DNA of 64,000 nucleotides from the human T2T-CHM13v2.0 reference genome, Homo sapiens (GCF_009914755.1 NC_060947.1), one strand, 5' to 3'; positions 1-19,084 are shown, counted from the first letter of the stretch. The notes: generated from the sequence alone by a model not told the origin. A program made the numbers and translations.

Positions 1-289
1 AAAAATAAAAATCTACTGTTCTGGCAATATTCCTTATTCTCATCAAGGTCATCATCATACAAGGAAGCTCAAATTCATTCTGTTTGCCTCATTCTCCCTA
101 TTTTATGTTGGGTGTTTTTAAATGGAGTCAATTCTCTTCCTTTATATCTTCATATCCTCAATCCTGCTGAACTTTTCCTAATGCTGGCCCTAATTATTTC
201 TCCCTTGTTCTATGTAATTACTTCTTTACCTCTTTACTGCATTCACCTTATTTAACCTCAATTCTTTTTCAGACTACTGAATCCTCCAA

Positions 290-687
290 ACTAGTTTGCT
301 AAAATAAAAATCTAATCTTATCACTTTCTTGTTAAAACTTTTTAGTTATCCATCATTTCCTGCAAAGGACTGGAATTTCTAGCTGGCAGAATTGTATATT
401 TATGAGGAGTCTCTCACTTCAGCTCTTACTACTTGCTTCCTTTGTCATCCTAGGATCTAGCTGCTACTGAGCTATCTAAATTTCTATATATTTTCATCTC
501 CATATTTTGCACATGTTATTTCTCAGCGGATTACCATTCCCCAGCTCCTGCATGAGTGAAACCTTAATTCCCCTCCTGACCCAGTTCAATAATCCTCTTT
601 TCTATTATATTTATTTTCTACTGCCTCCAATCTTCAGACACAGTTGATTCCTCTTTCTTCTAAGCCAGATGTGTACCCAGAACACAT
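290..687 (+). mobile_element. Old L2-like fragment interrupted by the ERV1 LTR; continues at ~1371-1520
   Basis: Degenerate L2 3'-region motifs (aatctaatcttatcactttcttgttaaaac; after the LTR, cacttggcatacagcaaatggttaatcaatggttgctt). Boundaries approximate. Confidence 0.45.
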
Positions 688-1366
688 TGTTATGAGTGGA
701 AGTATCTGTATGGGTCTGTAGTAACTTCAGTCCTTGCCTCCTCAGAAGAAATAAGTTGACTGAGGGGCATAAAGCAGAAAAAGAGACCAAGGCAAGTTGC
801 AGAGCAGGAGTGGAAGTTTATTTAAAAAGGCTTTAGAACAGAAAAGATAAGAAAATTCGCTTGAAAGAGACCCAAGTGGGTGTTATGTAGGTCCAAGAGA
901 AAAAAGAGAGCAAAAGAAGACAGCAAAAAAGAAGGAGCCTTTAACCTTGATACTGGGACTTTATAGACTCACCTTTTTCCAACATGAGTCTTCCCTTAGG
1001 TTCGGCTTTCTGCATGCCCACAGCTTTCCTTACCCTTTGGAAGTGAGCATGAGCCGTGTGTTTAGGGAGTTATATGCCTGCCCGCCCGAGCCTTCCTTTT
1101 TCCAGTGGCATGTAACTGATGGCATCCACTTTGCTGTTTTTGTCTCTTAACATGCATGCCCAAGAAGTTGCTTCTTCCTGAGGCCTGCATTCAATTAACA
1201 TTTTGATGTTAACAGGTGTGGACTATCAGGAAGTAGCCTCTCCCTGGCACTGCTGAATTATCATTTTTTAGAGGCAGTGTGATAATTGCTGAAACATCAC
1301 CAGACATTTGTAGTGGGTGAGGGGAGAGCCCTCTCCTGCTTCCCTCATGCCTAACTACCTGTAACA
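688..1366 (-). mobile_element. ERV1 (MER4-group, MER50/MER51-like) solo LTR
   Basis: TGT...ACA termini; exact 4-bp TSD ACAT at 684-687 and 1367-1370; reverse poly(A) signal-like tttatt at ~817; motif cttgcctcctcagaagaa...gaggggcataa typical of the MER4 group. Confidence 0.85.
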
Positions 1367-1595
1367 ACATCATTCTATTTTAATGATTGTTTTACCTGTT
1401 ACTCTAACTACACTCTGAAAACTTTGAGTGGAAGTATGGTATCACATGTTATTACCAACACAAAACATGCCACTTGGCATACAGCAAATGGTTAATCAAT
1501 GGTTGCTTAACAAATGGAGAAACTGAACATATGTTGTTTCTGTTTCAGTGGAAATATTGAGTGAGGTAGAAGATGGGATATGACTTTTATGTGCT

Positions 1596-2295
<700 letters not shown>

Positions 2296-2344
2296 GCATA
2301 TGTGCATATGATAGTAGTAAGATTTATACAGTTTTATCCCTTAT

Positions 2345-2812
2345 TGTGTTAGCTTCCTATGGCTGTTGTAACAAGTTACCACAGACTTTATGGTTTAATA
2401 CAATAGATATTTGTTCACTCACAGTTCTGGAGGGCAAAAGCCCAAAATCAGTATTCCTGGTCCCAAATCAAGGTGCTTACAGGGCCATGACCTCTCCAAA
2501 GGCTGTAGAGGAGAAACTGGTTTTTGTTTCTTTTAGCTTCTTGTGGCCGTCAGAATTCCTTGGTCTTGTTTATCTAATCTCTGACTCTGGGGTCACATTG
2601 TCTAGTCTTCTGCTTGTAAAATTTCCCTCAACTTCTCTCTTATGAGTACATTTGTGATTTCATCTAGGGGCTACTTGGATAAACGAGGATATTCTCCCAA
2701 TCTCAAGGTTCTAAATTTAATTATATCTGCAAGGCCTATTTTGCCATATATGGTAACAGTTTCAAGGGATTTAATCATAATATCTTCTTTGAGCATTATT
2801 CAGCCAAACACA
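2345..2812 (-). mobile_element. ERVL-MaLR LTR (MLT1C/D-like)
   Basis: tgtgttagcttcctatggctgttgtaacaagttaccac...cacagttctggagg...attattcagccaaacaca matches a reverse MLT1 consensus. Confidence 0.75.
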
Positions 2813-2816
2813 CCTG

Positions 2817-2968
2817 TTTTATTTATCCTTTTCTTTCTCACTCTCATTATTTTATTCTTTCTTTCCCTTCTCTTTATACTTTTTCTTCCTCTGTCTCTTC
2901 TCTCTCTTCCTTTCTTTTTGAGCTTCCTTCCCAATTTCTTTTTCTCTCTCCCTCTCTCCCTTCTTCTG
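2817..2968. repeat. CT-rich low-complexity tract
   Basis: Near-pure pyrimidine run; it explains the spurious Leu/Phe-rich and Arg/Lys-rich ORFs here. Confidence 0.85.
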
Positions 2969-3859
2969 AAAATGGTAAGGTATAAGAGGCTGAAAGGGGC
3001 TAAATTATTTTTCCAATTTTTTTCATAAGGTAATGGCAGAACAATGACAAAGAAACCTCTCAAGCCAGGTCTCTTTTCACTATATTACATAAGTGCTCTC
3101 TAGATTCATGTAAAATCAAAGAGAGCCAAGCTGTCATCATGACATTCAATGAAGCTCCTCATTACTATCTATGCACTGCTCTGCAATTACTACATCTTAA
3201 AAAATTAGTGGCACTTCATATTCTATTCTATCTCAGGCATAGAAAATGCTTGGCTGTGATGGTCATTAAAAGGACAGACATGAGTAATAGGAAACAGGTT
3301 TCGTTAATATGTGTGTCAAAAATTACAATATGCATGGATTGTCAACACAATAAGTGTTTCTCAAAATTGGCCACTCTTAATTTCAGTTACTAACTTGGTC
3401 TTTGTCATCCTTCAGCTGGATTCTCACAGCACCAAAATCAAAATGAAAATACTTTTAAAAATCTGTCAGTTCATTTTGTTTTGCTATACAATGCCATAAA
3501 TGTGCAAGTTTTACCCCTGATTAATCAGTTATCTTGATGTAATGTAAACATATTCATAGTTATAATCTTATTTTTTATATTGACAAGTCAATATTTCAGG
3601 AAGCAGAACACTTCACTACCTTGAGGGCTTTGACAGCCTCTCTGTATCCTAGAAACAAGTTACTTAGCCTCAGTCCTACCCAGTAATATTAATACTAATA
3701 ATAGATACTCTGTAGTATTTCACAGGGGATTATGAGGGCAAATTAAATGTCATTCAATGTATTTAGCATATCACTCTACCATGAATACTTGTTAAAGAAA
3801 GAGAAAGCCGGGGTCTAGTTCCGAGGACTAGTACAAAGCCTGTATTTCTTTTATTTTTT

Positions 3860-6238
<2,379 letters not shown>

Positions 6239-7654
6239 TTAAGTGAAGTGAAACGGTAACCTGTGCTAACAGGAAGCAATGTGAGCAATTGACCAACTTG
6301 ATTTTCCCTAATGCATATTCTTACTTTTAATTGAAATTATTGAGGCCTGACTTTGTTCAGCAATACTGAATAATAACATCTGAAGGTCGACTCAAATTTT
6401 GCTGTATTGTTGATTTTTTTATGTTTATATTTTTTATATAAAATATATTTTATATTTATATTTTTCTATTTACTTGCTTGTATATGCCTGATTTATTAGA
6501 AATTGTGCTTAGAAAACCTGTTGTAACTTTTTTTACCTTTAATAATTATTTTCACTTCACGCAATTTAATTTAAATGATTGGAAGGAGAAATCCTGCAGG
6601 CAGGTAGAATAATTTGAAGGCCACTTGCTTATTATGCATGTTAAGTTCTTATGAGTGATAATCAAGAAAGTGGTAAATTATAAGCAAAAACATAATGCTG
6701 ACCTTTAAAATTCTGACCCACAATTATCTATTAGCTTTTTATTGGCCTTGTAACACATGAGAAATAAACTGAATATTTTCTAAGTACTAGAACTTTAGAT
6801 GGAATGCTTAGGACATAAAATTATATCTAACAACAATAACTGGCAAATTCCCTGCAGTCTTTCTCCCATTTTGTAGGAAGTGCTGAAACTATCACCAACA
6901 ACTAAAGGAAGGAGCAAAAGGTATAATAAGAAAAATGGGTAGTTAAAGATAATTCACCAATGTAATCTGCTTTTGAAATTGTTTCTATGATTTGCAATAA
7001 TCAGAGAGCCCAGCGAAGTTAAGTCTTGATCTTGGAAAAGATAAAATTACTCAAGCAATTTAAACTACGGGAAGGTTGAATGAGACTTTGGTAAGGGAGT
7101 GGAGCTAACCAGCTTATAATGTTTTGCTGAGTTTTGTGGGGTCCAACAGGAAGTTATCCTGTGGGGAACTAATGTGCTGTAACTCTGTGTATCTGATTGG
7201 GTTTGTATTAATCAAATTACCCTTGGGCATGCACTGGGGTTTCCTCCACCGAACATATCTAGAGATTGTTAAAACCCTATAATCAAAGCTTTTCTAGTGG
7301 GCAGCCAGGTTCACATTAGGAAGCAGAACTGTAATTCCACACAGAAACTAGTAGAAATCCATTTCTCCATTTCTCTTTGACTCAGAAACCTATCATATTA
7401 AATCAACTTTAAGTTAATCACTTCTCCTCCCTCATAGTCTAAGAACTTCTGAAAATGTTATCTTGTAAATATATGGTTATATTGAGTTATTTAATGCTTC
7501 ATTGCAAATGACTTTTTGGTTTCCTATAATGTTAAGCAATCAAATTTATATTAACTCACTAAACTAAATCACTGCTTGCTTTTTATTTTCTTTTTTGGGG
7601 GGAGGGGCTTTTATCTAATCCATCAGTTTCAAATACTAAAGTGTTTGAAACCAT

Positions 7655-7870
7655 TAAGCCCAAGAGCCATGAATTTAGATTGCTTTGTTGCAAATCCTGT
7701 TTCTACCATTTACTAGAAAGGTGCTTTCAGGCCACATTGTTAAACTTTCTCAGTTTTCTTATTTGCTAAATTGGGAAAGTGGTATTTGTAACCCTTATTG
7801 AGAGAGTTATAAAAATTGTATTATATATTGTGTCAAGCTTCTGGAATAATTTTTTAAATGTTAGCTATTA
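7655..7870 (+). mobile_element. MIR SINE
   Basis: caaatcctgtttctaccatttactag...ctcagttttcttatttgctaaattggg core. Confidence 0.65.
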
Positions 7871-8514
7871 TAATTATTCAGTTTATAAAAACTATTTCTT
7901 TTCTCTCTGTGACTTGATTCTTACCATAAAATATAAAATATCCATATCCTGACACTAGTGTCCTATAGAGATTACCTTTATACCAATTGCCTCTCCTGCG
8001 TCTTTGAAACCTATCTTGTGAATTTCCTTATCTGGTGTGAAAATTCACTGAAAAACACAGGATATAAGTTGGACTTGACTTTGTAAAGTCAAGTTTCCCA
8101 TTTCCACTTAGAAGTAATTGTTTTGCTCAGATTAGTAGTGTATTTAGCATATCACTCTACCATGAATACTTGTTAAAAGAAAGAGAAAGCTAGGGTCAGT
8201 ATTGGAGGTCCTCTTTTCATTTTATTATTTTATGTGTTTTTATTTTGATTTTCTGTTCTGTGCTGAGCACTGTATTAGAATACTGTACTTAATCCTCCAA
8301 CTAAAACAAAATAAAACAACAACAAAAATCTATTTTTTTTTCTTAAAGATCTTAGGGACTATACTAGAAACCCATATTGAAAACATATGGGCACAAAGAG
8401 GACATCACTGACCGCAGTATCCAGGTGAAAAGTGGGCAGTGGTGCAGCCAGGCCTCAAAGACAGCAGAAACAGTGGCACGCTCTTTGCCAGGCTCTGTTT
8501 CTCTGTGGTGATCT

Positions 8515-8832
8515 TTTTTTCTAACTTTCATTTTAGGTTCAGGTGCACATGTGGAGATTTGTTATATAGGTAAATTGCCTGTCATGGGGATTTGGTGACA
8601 GATTATCTTATTACCCAGGTAATAAGCATGGTACCTCATAGGTAGTAATTCAGTCCTATTCTTCCTCCCACCCTCCACCCTCAGGTAGGCCCCAGTGTCT
8701 GTTGTTTTCTTCTTTGTGTCCATGTGTATTCAGTGTTCAGCTCTCACTCATAAGTGAGAATATGCTGTATTTAGTTTTCTGTTGCTGCGATAGTTTGCTT
8801 AGGATAACGGCCTCCAGCTCCATCCATGTTGT
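8515..8832 (-). mobile_element. Old L1PA/L1PB 3' end inserted in an old MLT1-like LTR (~8340-9130)
   Basis: Reverse L1 3'UTR (ttttaggttcaggtgcacatgtg...agctctcactcataagtgagaa); diverged TSD tgtggtgatcttt / tgtgatggtcttt. Confidence 0.8.
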
Positions 8833-9253
8833 TGTGATGGTCTTTATTATCTTCTGTAAGCTAGTTTCTTTTACATGCTCTTCATCTTGGCCCTGGCAGT
8901 TCTTGTCCTCACAGATTCACCAACAGAGATGGGCTAAAAAAAAGCCCAAGTCCCAGAGAATAACTCTGACACCCTGGCATAGAGTCCATATCTGTCTTTG
9001 TGTCTTGGAAGGTGGACAACTGTGATTGTCAGTCTCTATTAAAATCCCTCAGTTGCAGTGAAGAAGGAGATGGTTTACTAGAAGATTAGAGGTGATGCTT
9101 CTAAACAATGGGGGAGGGGGAGGTAGTTGCTGTGGAGATTAAACAATACACATGGAGGTATGGAGGTAGCTTTGGTGTCCATCTGACTGAACTTACATTA
9201 TGAATTCCCAATTTTCAGTCCTTCTGCCCATGGAGAAGTAATGTGCTACTCGC

Positions 9254-9498
9254 TTTTTGTTTGTTTGTTTGTTTATTTTTGAGACAGGGTCTCACTCTAT
9301 TCACTCTAATTGCAATTGCCCAGGCTGAAGTACAGTGGCATGATTTTGGCTCACTGCAGCCTTGAACTTTCCTGGGCTCAAGTGATTCTTCCACCTCAGC
9401 CTCCAGAGCAGCTGGGACTACAGGCACAAGCCACCATGCCCAGCTAATTTTTTGTATTTTTAGTAGAGACAGGGTTTTGCCATGTTGCCCAGGCTGGG
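9254..9498 (-). mobile_element. 5'-truncated AluJ
   Basis: gagacagggtctcactc...ctgggctcaagtgat J-type sequence; TSD atgtgctact at 9241-9250 and 9499-9508; (TTTG)n tail. Confidence 0.88.
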
Positions 9499-11011
9499 AT
9501 GTGCTACTTCTATGCCTTGGTCTCCTTACATGAAAAATTGAAATACACAGGATCGAGTGCCTCAAGCACAGTACCTATCATGTATTAATGGCACTGTAAG
9601 TAAGACTTCTTATTTTAATTATCATGTCCTTTGTGTTGGCTAAGTGATCTCAATATCTCTATTAAAGAAAGCTAATATAACTTTTTTATTTTGAAAACAG
9701 AGGGCTGGATCAAATTTCTTTGACGGGGGCAGGTCTTTGAAATCTACTAACTTTATGACAGGAGCTGAAAAATAGTCATGATAGTCGTTATTATCAAAGT
9801 TGTTTGTAGCGTGGGAGATAGTCAGTCTTGTTTTCCAAGAGGTAAGTTACCTTCCAAGGGAAAGGGGCATTTCTGGGTTTCTGTTGGAAGGTGTAGCCAT
9901 ATAGACAGTTTGTTGAATTCAGATTGGCAAAATCTTGTGGATTTCTCAAGCCTTTACCCCAGACCCTTACACCAATGATAGGGTAGGGTCTGAGGACTTT
10001 AGAGAGCTCTTGGCCATTTTCATGCTGAACTTTCCTGATGAGTCTCTTGGGAAGCTGTTTAGGTAAAGGTTTGAGAGAACATAAGGCTTCTCCAGAGAAG
10101 TTCTCTGAGCTTGTTGGAAGTGAGGTGGCAGTGGCCTGAGAAGGAGACAGCAGGATTTTACTACTGCACACATCCAATGTAAGATAATATTTTAAAACCC
10201 ATATTTCTCAAATGATTAAATACTTAAGTTGCTCACAAATGTCTGCTGAGAAGAGCTTTAGATATTTCTAGGCTTGAAAAGACCATCAGGTTCATTTGTG
10301 TTGGGCACAATTCATCCTATGTGATCACACGCAGCTTTTCTAATGATTAGAATACTCAGAAGCATGGGATGCTGTTAATGAGGGCAGTGTGCCTTTAACA
10401 TAGGCATAATTTAAAGTGAAAGGGTGTTTCCTTTTTCAATTGCAAAAGACTGAACTATGGCTTATACTCTGAACGTTAATAAGTATTCTGTGAGATAAAA
10501 ATATATTTGAAAGCGAATTTCCCCATTTTCCATGCCTATGTATAGTTGAGGCAAAAAAGGTGTGGATAGATTTTAATATTATCAAATTGGTCATTTTTCA
10601 AGATGGGTTTTAACCAGATATTGTTCCGCTTCAAGGCAAAATTTTAAAACAACTTTGTTTACAGTTAAATATGTAGTTTTATATTTGGATATAATAACTT
10701 TTCTTTAAAGACCAGTCCCCTGTAAACCAGTCCTTGGTTAAAATTACTGCTTGGATCCTGCAGGATTTTCTTCCTCCTATCTTTCTTCCAATACAATTGA
10801 ATATTGATTACGATGTTTTCCATGTATGTATCTATTCAAGTCAATTTTGTTAACCTATTCCCTATAGGAAGGATAAAAACATTTTATGGAATGTTGCATG
10901 CAGCATTCATTCTAATTTCCTTCATGTGATTGATTGCAAATATTCCTTTGCTTATATAACATGTTTCATGATAAAGTGAAATGTGAACACTTACAGATAG
11001 ATCACTTTCCA

Positions 11012-14258
<3,247 letters not shown>

Positions 14259-14639
14259 GATAATTGCTTGTTCATAAGAAGCAAATGATGAACCATAAGT
14301 CATCAAGACAGCCCTGCAAATACCTACCAAAAAATAGAACCAGCAAATAAGGCTGTCTCTTCCTTCTCTCATAAGGAAATTTAATACTCTATTCTTGGGA
14401 AATAAAATTGTATCTTGGCCAATTGATTGCAGTAGCATATGTTTTTACTCAGGTGATCAAGCCTTTTTCTTAAAGAGTGTATAAATGTAGTATATCAATA
14501 TTATCATAAGCAAACTTATTCTTTCTTGATATTTTTTTTTTCTTGGGAACTTTCTGTTCCTTCATGGCAAGAGCACTTTGAAAGTTTTCCTTAACCCTCA
14601 GCCATGGCTTCTCATTCTCCAGAGTGACCCAGATCATCT

Positions 14640-14960
14640 ACTTGTTTAACACATATTAAGGACCAGGCACTGGGCAGCCTTGTCTTTCAAGATGGTCAGC
14701 ATAGAGAAGAGAACATGTGGAATAAAATCTGTCATTGCAGTGCTATGTAATGAGCCTAAGACAGAGGATCTCCAGACTCAGCCAGAGGACTGTGAAGATG
14801 CTTATGAGGAAGGGGAGCATCAAGCAAGCTGGTTCTTAAAGGAAGAGAAAGGATTAGCCAGAAAAGTCAGCATAAAGGCAGAGGAGGAAAATAATTTCCA
14901 GCAGGTGGAGAAGCATCGACAAAGACATGGACATTTGAGGGACTTTAGCACAGTGAAATA
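14640..14960 (-). mobile_element. L2 fragment
   Basis: ccaggcactggg...aaggaagagaaaggattagccag...ataatttccagcagg reverse L2 3' pattern. Confidence 0.5.
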
Positions 14961-14995
14961 TTCAAACATAGACTAGCGGGTCTGAAGCAAGTAGT

Positions 14996-15066
14996 ATGTG
15001 CATGTGTGTGAGTGTTTGTGTGTGCACATGTGTGCCCATGCAGCAGTGGTGGTGGTGATGATGCAG
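14996..15066. repeat. Degenerate (TG)n / (GGT)n microsatellite
   Basis: atgtgcatgtgtgtgagtgtttgtgtgtgcacatgtgtg...gtggtggtggtgatgatg. Confidence 0.75.
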
Positions 15067-15425
15067 TGGAAGTCTGTAGCTTTACAGATTGCTTGGCTCA
15101 ATACAGTGTTCAAATATTTTCTGGGCATAGGGAGCAATCTCACTGCAAACGAGGCACATGAAAACATTTCTGTTCTCCCATGAATATGGGCATCACAATA
15201 GAAAAAAAAGAGATAAGTATGTGATTGTCTTTATATGGGTAAAAATCCAGAGAAAGAGGGAAGAAGTTAAGAACTGAGGTAGAGGGGCAGTTTCTAAGCC
15301 CTTCTTATGCTGGATCTTTGCAGTGTGCTTCCTTATTATTATCATTATGGTAATCATTATTTTGGGACACGCTGCATGTTTACACTGCTCTTAATGTCAA
15401 TTTCAACATTCAGTCAAAAATCCAG

Positions 15426-15546
15426 AAATAGGCAGACCAGAAATTTTAAATATATTGCATTCCCCAAATCCCATTCCTAGCTAATGACTCACTAGAAATG
15501 GGATTTGAGGAATGCTATATATTTAAAATTTCAGGTCTGCCTATTT
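15426..15546. repeat. Long inverted repeat (55-bp arms, 11-nt loop)
   Basis: Arm 15426-15480 is the reverse complement of 15492-15546 with 4 mismatches; loop ctaatgactca. Confidence 0.95.
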
Positions 15547-15709
15547 GTGTTTGCCCATAGAAGTAGTGTTATAAAAGGCAGAAAAAGTGCCAGGAACATG
15601 TCTCAAGTGCATTTGGCCCGTGGTCTGTTTGAGAAACAGTGATTCTGTACCCCTACAGCCATGTAGGTCTTGATTATAACTAAGCCTATCTCACCACCGG
15701 CATGGACCA

Positions 15710-16650
15710 CAGGCACATCCAAGTCAACATACATACAACCAAGTCCTCATCTTCCATCATACACCTGACTGCAGATTGCTCAACCCCTCTGCCCCTGTCC
15801 TAATTAACAGAATCCCTATTCATTCAGACACCTAGTTGGGAACACTTACGGTCATTACTCCCTCCTAGTCCATGTTCCATGAGTCAACAAATCCACTAGA
15901 TTCTATCTGAACATCACTTTAATCCATTACTTCCTCATTTCCTCTCGCTGCCCTAACCCAGGCCCTCATCTTTCTCCCCGAATGAGGACTTCAGTAGCCA
16001 GACTTTCTTATGTTAAGCTCAGAGTAACCTTACTAAGATGTACTCAGTTCATGTCTGAAATCATTCCAGTGGCTCAATATTGCCTTTCAGGTGGGGTTCA
16101 ATCTTATTAATACCACACACAAGGCATCTCTGTGCACATTGACTTGTGCCTTTCATTCCAGTCCCAAGCAACAGTTGACTGCCTTCTAGAGGCACTGACT
16201 ACACCCTACCTTCTCTACATTTTTGTACATTTCTCTCAATTTACCTCTCATTATCTCCTTGTCATCATTCAGAAATCAGACTAGACACCACATCTGAAAG
16301 GATTCTTTGTCCATTTAACCATTATTAATCACCAATATATTAAACATATTATGCTTGACCTGAAGATATAATGATAAATAAGAAAACAGTACCTGACCTC
16401 AATTTTGCTTGGCTATAACTGATTAAATAGACAATTGAATACAGGTAATTAGATTGGGGAAGGAGACCGTACTGGAGCACTTGGCAGTACTTAATCCAAA
16501 ATGAACAGAAAGCTTCTCACAGAAAGTGACGTCTGCTTCAAGACCTGAAGAATAAATAGGATTGTCCAGATGAAGAGAAAGAAAGGGAGAGGAAAAGTAG
16601 TGCTCTAGATAGAGGTAACAGCCTATGTCAAGGTGTAAAGTTAGATACAG
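15710..16650. mobile_element. L2 fragments in both orientations
   Basis: Forward L2-like 15710-16310 (ccctaacccaggccctcatc, aatcattccagtggctc); reverse L2-like 16330-16650 (cttctcacagaaagtgacgtctgcttcaagacctgaag). Confidence 0.55.
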
Positions 16651-16652
16651 CA

Positions 16653-17025
16653 ACATAATTTGCAGGACCAGTGCAAAATGAAAATATTGGTTCCCTTATT
16701 CAAAAAAGCAGGAAAAAATATGTTCTTAATAATATTAAGTTATAAAAGCTTTTCCTTTCCCCAGATGTTTCTCTCTCAACTTGTCATGGTGGTTTTTGTG
16801 TAGAGCCTCATAGGTGCCCAGAGGCCTGGCAAGATATTAGAAGCAAATGTGGCCCATTGGGTGGAGGTCCCCTCTCCCACAAGCAGCCAAACCGAAGAAA
16901 CTTTGTTTGTTTGGGGGCTGTGTCTGAGAAAAGGTTTCAGTTCCTGACACATGTTCCATTGTGCTATGGAGTTTCACTTACAAAGCACAAACTCAAAGAT
17001 AAAATTATTAAGAATTTCAAGATGA
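16653..17025 (-). mobile_element. MER45-family hAT-Tip100 DNA transposon fossil
   Basis: cataatttgcaggaccagtgcaaaatgaaaat...ttattcaaaaa and ttcacttacaaagcacaaactcaaagataaaattattaagaatttcaagatg match recalled MER45 sequence. Confidence 0.7.
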
Positions 17026-18875
17026 CTTCTGGAATGATGGCACAAACAGCTTTATAGATCCTATTCCAGGTGAAACAACTATAGCATCTCTGGATATTGC
17101 TGGATATTGTTTTAAGGGCATGTATTCAAGTAAAAATTATGTCTTCAAGAAAAACTACCAAATCTTATTAAGTAAAGTGGAAGTCTATGGCATTTGAGTC
17201 ACAATGTCCTCCCTACTTCCCATTTTTAGCTCAATGTGGTGGAAACTCCACTATGGTAGGTTGCAGACAAGAACATAGGGTTCTCTCTCTCACCAGGTTC
17301 CTATTGAGGGCTATGATATCTCCCTGAAGAAGTGCAGGCCACCAGCATTTCTCAACCCCCTCAGCTCAAAGTTGCAGAGGTTTTATTCCAGGAAAGAGAA
17401 GGCTAAGATGTCGAGGCTCCCTTTTTTCACCCAGATCCCACTCCTAGGGAATAACTTTATTCCAGACCTGGCAGGTCAAGAATAGTGGGGCTTAAATCAC
17501 CAACACTCCAGATCACTTATTGGGTTGAGTTTCTATGCTGGAAGGAGTAAACCAAACAGACCAGAGATGGGTGCCTGAGCCCAGTACCCTGTAATGAAGC
17601 ACAAGTGTCACTCTGAGACAAATGGACCATATTCCCTGCCCGGGTTCTACATTAGTAGTGGGTTTTCTCAGGGAAAGAAGCAGGCAATAAGAACAGAGGT
17701 CAGAAGCTCTCCCTAGAATAAGTGACTTCATTTGCAACAGAATGTGCTTAGGTTAAGGCTAAAGGCACTACAAAAAGAAAAAAAAAGATAGTGGTGGTAA
17801 TAAATTACTAAGAAGCAGCTTGCTCAATGAGAGCAGCAACCTACACTCTAAACCAGTTAGAAATATACCAGAGAAATATAGGAAAGGAGATAGCTAAGAA
17901 TAACCCTCCTGGAGTTAGAACAAACCTCAAAGATTACCTCTACAAAAGGAACACAATTTAATGGGATCAGATGGTGGTGCAATCTATGCCTCAGGGTGCT
18001 ATTGATAACAATAGCAAGATTAAGTAGCAATTTGTGAAGGGTAACAGCTGCATGATAATCAAACTGAAGCAGATAGCTTAGCAAAGAGATCTGGGAAAAA
18101 AATAAAGAGAGCTCTGCTGAAATCACTGTCATCTTAGGGTAAATGTGTATATTCCTAGGGTTGTACCCTCTGAAGAGCGGCATCACAGGATGTAACCTGT
18201 TGAAGGCATGAGAAAAACTTCACTAAAATAGTCTAGCTATTTCACTAAAGTTACCAAAGAAATAAGCAAAAAACAACAAGCCTTAGAGAGGTGACCAGTA
18301 TCCAGGATTGTTATGATATGTTACCTAAAATGTTTACTACCCAAGAAAATAAACAAGAAAATGTGATGCATACATTTAAAAAAAAGTGTCTAAAATTTTA
18401 GTGAATGGTAAAAGAATGAATTCCTTTCCCCCTGTGATCAGGAACTAAATAAAAATATTCACTCTCACCACTTCTATGTAACATTTTATTGCCTCTAACT
18501 AGGGCAGCTAGGCAAAAAAATGAAGTAAAGGCATTCAAATTGGAAAGAAAGTAGTAAAACTATATCTATTTGCTGTTGATATGATCTTGTGTATAGAAAC
18601 ATCTAAGGAACCCACTACAAATCTATTATAATTAATAACTTATTTCAGTCATTTTCAGGATATAAGATCAATATGCACAAATCTATTTTATTTCTATACA
18701 CTAACAATGAAACTTCTGAAAATTAAAATGAGAAAACAATTTAATTTATTATAGCAAGAAAGACCAAATATTTACAAATCATATATCTGGTATGGTTCTT
18801 GTATCCAAAATATATTTTACAACTTCTTACAAGTTAACAATAAAAAACAAATAACCCAATTAGATAAACAAAAGG
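17025..18875 (+). mobile_element. Old L1M pieces (5' region followed by ORF2 fragments)
   Basis: ORF2 remnants at ~18400-18875 (aggcattcaaattggaaagaaagtagtaaaacta, ggatataagatcaatatgcacaaatc). The upstream part resembles an L1M 5' end and is less certain. Confidence 0.55.
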
Positions 18876-19084
18876 ACTTGCCTTTTGTTATCCATTAGAG
18901 CAGCCATTTGAGAATACTGAGAAGTCATTGACATGACTTAAGGATTGCCTTGGCTATAGATAGCATCAAAAGTGGAAGTAGTGAGATCATTCAGAGGGCT
19001 ATTACAGAAAACCAAGGGGAGAATGAAGTAGTTTGGAGTAAAGGTGACAGCTGTGGAGGTGCTGAAAAGTAGTCACATTGAGAT

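Noticed and set aside
694-1437. tgagtggaagtat repeated at ~693 and ~1425
   Set aside because: Only 13 bp, one copy inside the LTR and one outside; the true TSD is ACAT. Likely chance.
6877-6920. Possible 44-nt plus-strand exon after ttctcccattttgtag
   Set aside because: The donor (gtataa) is weak and there is no supporting frame or partner exon.
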